20,000 nt of DNA from Chiloscyllium plagiosum (Eukaryota). A program made the translations under genes and the position numbers. The stretch is from positions 87,441,737-87,461,736 of the forward strand of contig NC_057719.1 of the NCBI RefSeq assembly GCF_004010195.1, read 5' to 3'. The notes under the pieces were generated by a model. The model searched no databases and was not told where the DNA came from. It was given only the letters and a program-made list of their open reading frames with translations. Every line of letters starts with the position of its first letter. Within the stretch, counting starts at the first letter, position 1. Positions 19,710 through 20,000 of this stretch are shown piece by piece.

Positions 19710-19885
19710 GTGAGCCCTAGCTGCCCATCTTCGCTTCCTGCTTTGTACCTTACTCGTTTTCTTTCACTTCTCTCCCTTATTTTCTCAGAATCCTACCCAT
19801 CACAAGACGTGAGCCCTAGCTGCCCATCTTCGCTTCCTGCTTTGTACCTTACTCGTTTTCTTTCACTTCTCTCCCTTATTTTCTC
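19689..19885 (+). repeat. Perfect 98-bp tandem duplication (period 99) spanning the exon 3' end and splice donor
   Basis: 19689-19786 and 19788-19885 are identical and are separated by a single A at 19787. Confidence 0.95.
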
Positions 19886-20000
19886 GCTCTTCCCCTTGAT
19901 TTCTTTCTGCTTTCTCCTCTCTCCATCTGTTCATCCCTCTTTATCTTTCCACCCTGCCCTCACCTCTTCCTCACCATCTTCCCTCACCATTTTTGCAACC

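Overview
Repeat-rich eukaryotic DNA, almost certainly from a shark or other elasmobranch. This is inferred from recalled families: HE1/V-SINE, DeuSINE, CR1/HER1-type LINE 3' ends and Penelope-like elements. Two assembly gaps (11241-12145, 905 N; 15042-15541, exactly 500 N) split the window into three contigs. The only host coding sequence I can support is two internal phase-0 spectrin-repeat exons resembling beta-V spectrin (SPTBN5): 786-941 on the minus strand and 19509-19709 on the plus strand. Their opposite orientation points to a mis-oriented contig at the 500-N join, or less likely a real inversion or second copy. The rest looks intronic: LINE fragments, SINEs, LTR-like relics, two minisatellite families and at least five Penelope-like pieces. 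Three of these pieces carry minimal hammerhead ribozyme motifs, all with core or stem mutations. Other points of interest are a perfect 98-bp tandem duplication over a splice donor, a perfect 40-bp inverted repeat with a target-site duplication, a nested insertion stack, and a 33-bp minisatellite that appears to have grown out of a DeuSINE. I found no convincing new biological system. Family names come from recalled consensus similarity, not database searches.
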